A stretch of 64,000 bases of DNA from an uncultured Candidatus Rokubacteria bacterium. GTDB lineage: Bacteria > Methylomirabilota > Methylomirabilia > Rokubacteriales > CSP1-6. How positions within the stretch are numbered: position 1 is the stretch's first letter; every line of letters begins with the position of its first letter. The stretch is taken from contig CAVYTA010000001.1 of the NCBI GenBank assembly GCA_963771355.1, forward strand, positions 1-64,000, read 5' to 3'. Shown piece after piece: positions 62,199 through 64,000 of the stretch. Below the pieces are notes generated by a model, which was given only the letters and a program-made list of their open reading frames with translations, had not been told where the DNA came from and did no database searches. A program made the translations under genes and the position numbers.

Positions 62199-63475
62199 CG
62201 ACAGCGACGACCACGCCCGCGGCGGCCACCGGCATCCCCAGGCTCTCCGGCGACATCCGCCACCTCATCCCCAAGCTCGGGCTACGCGAGTACTGGTATC
62301 CCGCCATCGAGGATCGCTCGGTGGGCTCGCGCAAGCCCGTGAAGGTGTCGCTGCTGGGTGCGGAGATCTGCCTCTTCCGCGGCGCCAACGGCGCGGTCGC
62401 GGCCATCCAGGACGTCTGCCCGCATCGGGGCGCGCGGCTGAGCGAGGGCGACTGCCACTACCGCGGCACGGTGGCCTGCCCGTATCACGGCTGGGTCTAC
62501 GACGAGAGCGGCAAGAACGTGGCCGTGCTGTCGGAGGGACCCGACTCCGGCGTGTGCGGCAAGCCCGGCTCCGAGGCCAAGGTGTACCCCACGCACACGC
62601 TCAAGGGGCTGGTCTTCGTGTGGATGGGGGAGGGAGAGCCGGCGCCCATCCAGGAGGACGTGCCCGAGGAGTTCTTCGACGCCGACGCCCTGGTGCAGGT
62701 GGGGCAGGTGTACTGGAAGTGCAACTGGGAGGTCGCGCTGGAGAACTCGATGGACTCGCACGTGAACTACGTGCACCGGAACGCCGTGGTCGTCATGCGC
62801 GGCGGCTTCATCGCCCGCGGCGCGCAGGGCGAGCACCCCATCTTCGTGGGCAATGGCTTCGGCGGCGACGTGGCCGAGAGTAACTACATGCGCAAGAGCC
62901 CAGCCTTCGACCTCTACCCGAACGGCTGGCGGTGGCCCAAGACCAACTACCGCCGGTTCTGGACCTGGTTGACGCGTCCCCTCGCCGATCGCGCGCGCCG
63001 CAATATTCCCCCGCCGGCCTCGGCGCGGTGGTGCGGCGGGCATCACCTGCCCGGCATGTTCCGCGCGGAGTTCGGCTGGGATCTCTACACGCGCATGTGC
63101 GTGCCGGTGGAGGAGCACCTCACCCGCGTGTGGTACTACCACTGCACGCGGCCGAAGAACGCGTGGCGCCGCTTCTGGGACCGGGCGGCCTACGCGACGA
63201 TCCGGCGCTGGATCATCGAGTACAACTTCTCGCGCCAGGACGAGCGGGTGATGCTGCACCAGCGCTACGACACGCCGGAGAAGCTCTCGGGCACCGACGC
63301 CGAGGTCATCGCGTGGCGCCGCCTCGTGGTGACCAAGCAGCATGGCGGCCGCAGCGCCGCCTTCGAGTACCGCAACCCCGACGGCCTCGATCCGAACAAT
63401 GTGCCGCTGGAGCGGGTCTCGGTGCGCTACCTGCAGGAACGGGCGCGGCGGAACGGCGGGACGGCGCGCCCATGA
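62195..63475 (+). CDS. Rieske aromatic ring-hydroxylating oxygenase alpha subunit
   Basis: CPHRG...CPYHGW Rieske site; EN.MD.H...VH mononuclear Fe site. Confidence 0.9.
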   Translation: MTTATTTPAAATGIPRLSGDIRHLIPKLGLREYWYPAIEDRSVGSRKPVKVSLLGAEICLFRGANGAVAAIQDVCPHRGARLSEGDCHYRGTVACPYHGWVYDESGKNVAVLSEGPDSGVCGKPGSEAKVYPTHTLKGLVFVWMGEGEPAPIQEDVPEEFFDADALVQVGQVYWKCNWEVALENSMDSHVNYVHRNAVVVMRGGFIARGAQGEHPIFVGNGFGGDVAESNYMRKSPAFDLYPNGWRWPKTNYRRFWTWLTRPLADRARRNIPPPASARWCGGHHLPGMFRAEFGWDLYTRMCVPVEEHLTRVWYYHCTRPKNAWRRFWDRAAYATIRRWIIEYNFSRQDERVMLHQRYDTPEKLSGTDAEVIAWRRLVVTKQHGGRSAAFEYRNPDGLDPNNVPLERVSVRYLQERARRNGGTARP

Positions 63476-64000
63476 TCACGCGGCGCCGGTTCCTCGGGGG
63501 CGTGGCGCTGGGCGGCGCCGCGGCGGCGCTGGGGCCCGCGCGGCGGGCGGCCGCCCAGTCGGCCGACTGGACGCAGATGGTGGCGGCGGCGAAGAAGGAA
63601 GCCAAGGTCGTCGTCAACACCTTCCCCGGCGACGGCTACAAGCGGGCGCTCAAGGCGTTCACCCAGGCCTATCCCGAGATCAAGCTCGAGCACACGAGCC
63701 TGCACTCGCAGGACTTCGCCCCGCGCATCCTCCAGGAGCGGCAGGCGCAATCTCTTCACCTGGGACGTGGCGCTCATTCCCACCAGCACCGCGCTGCAGG
63801 TGCTGCGGCCGGCGGGGGTGTGGGATCCCGTCCGCCCGGCCATCGTGCTGCCGGAGGTGAAGGACGGCGCGGGCTGGGAGGGCGGCTTCGAGCGCGGCTT
63901 CGCGCTGGTGAAGGACCGCGCCCTCTGCTACGGCTTCGTCGCCGTGCGCGGCGGCGGGGTCACCATCAATACCGATCAGGTGAAGGAAGAGCGAGATCCG
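63472..64000 (+). CDS. Tat-exported ABC substrate-binding protein (partial, frameshift ~63750)
   Basis: ITRRRFL; W...VAAAKKE.KVVV, F..AYPEI. Confidence 0.8.
   Translation, partial: MITRRRFLGGVALGGAAAALGPARRAAAQSADWTQMVAAAKKEAKVVVNTFPGDGYKRALKAFTQAYPEIKLEHTSLHSQDFAPRILQERQAQSLHLGRGAHSHQHRAAGAAAGGGVGSRPPGHRAAGGEGRRGLGGRLRARLRAGEGPRPLLRLRRRARRRGHHQYRSGEGRARS

Overview
GC-rich bacterial chromosomal window. The gene repertoire and the 55.2-kb repeat suggest Candidatus Rokuibacteriota/Methylomirabilota, but this is inference only. The assembly is indel-prone: about a dozen otherwise conserved genes carry single-base frameshifts. Left end: a >1,080-codon frameshifted hypothetical gene downstream of a TM0106-type nuclease/RNase H-like/SF1 helicase. 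The most unusual part is 6.7-15.1 kb, a mosaic of gene scraps and a few intact genes: HNH-nuclease N-terminus, YbjN-like gene, HtrA fragment, AraC promoter plus 5' end in inverted orientation, UvrD-type helicase fragment, AraC regulator, a displaced murC'-murB-'ftsQ piece, an 86-bp piece of another TM0106 allele, higA with only the last 3 codons of higB, a 48-bp piece of the nearby caspase gene, and an intact Phd/RelE toxin-antitoxin pair. A ~2.4-kb part of it appears twice in tandem around a noisy poly-G junction, probably an assembly or haplotype artefact. The rest is a run of short accessory operons: aminotransferase, cytidylate-kinase-like/BON protein, cyclase-AAA-TPR, 2TM protein plus secreted caspase, peptide and NitT/TauT ABC systems, Mo-hydroxylases, hydantoinase A/B, TRAP plus CoA ligase, SoxC/cytochrome c, pgm, two more class III cyclases, AzlCD, a ClpP homolog lacking its catalytic residues, and an extradiol dioxygenase plus Rieske oxygenase. 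A 127-bp palindromic MITE/REP-like element lies at 55.2 kb. No rRNA, tRNA, CRISPR array, transposase or integrase was recognised.
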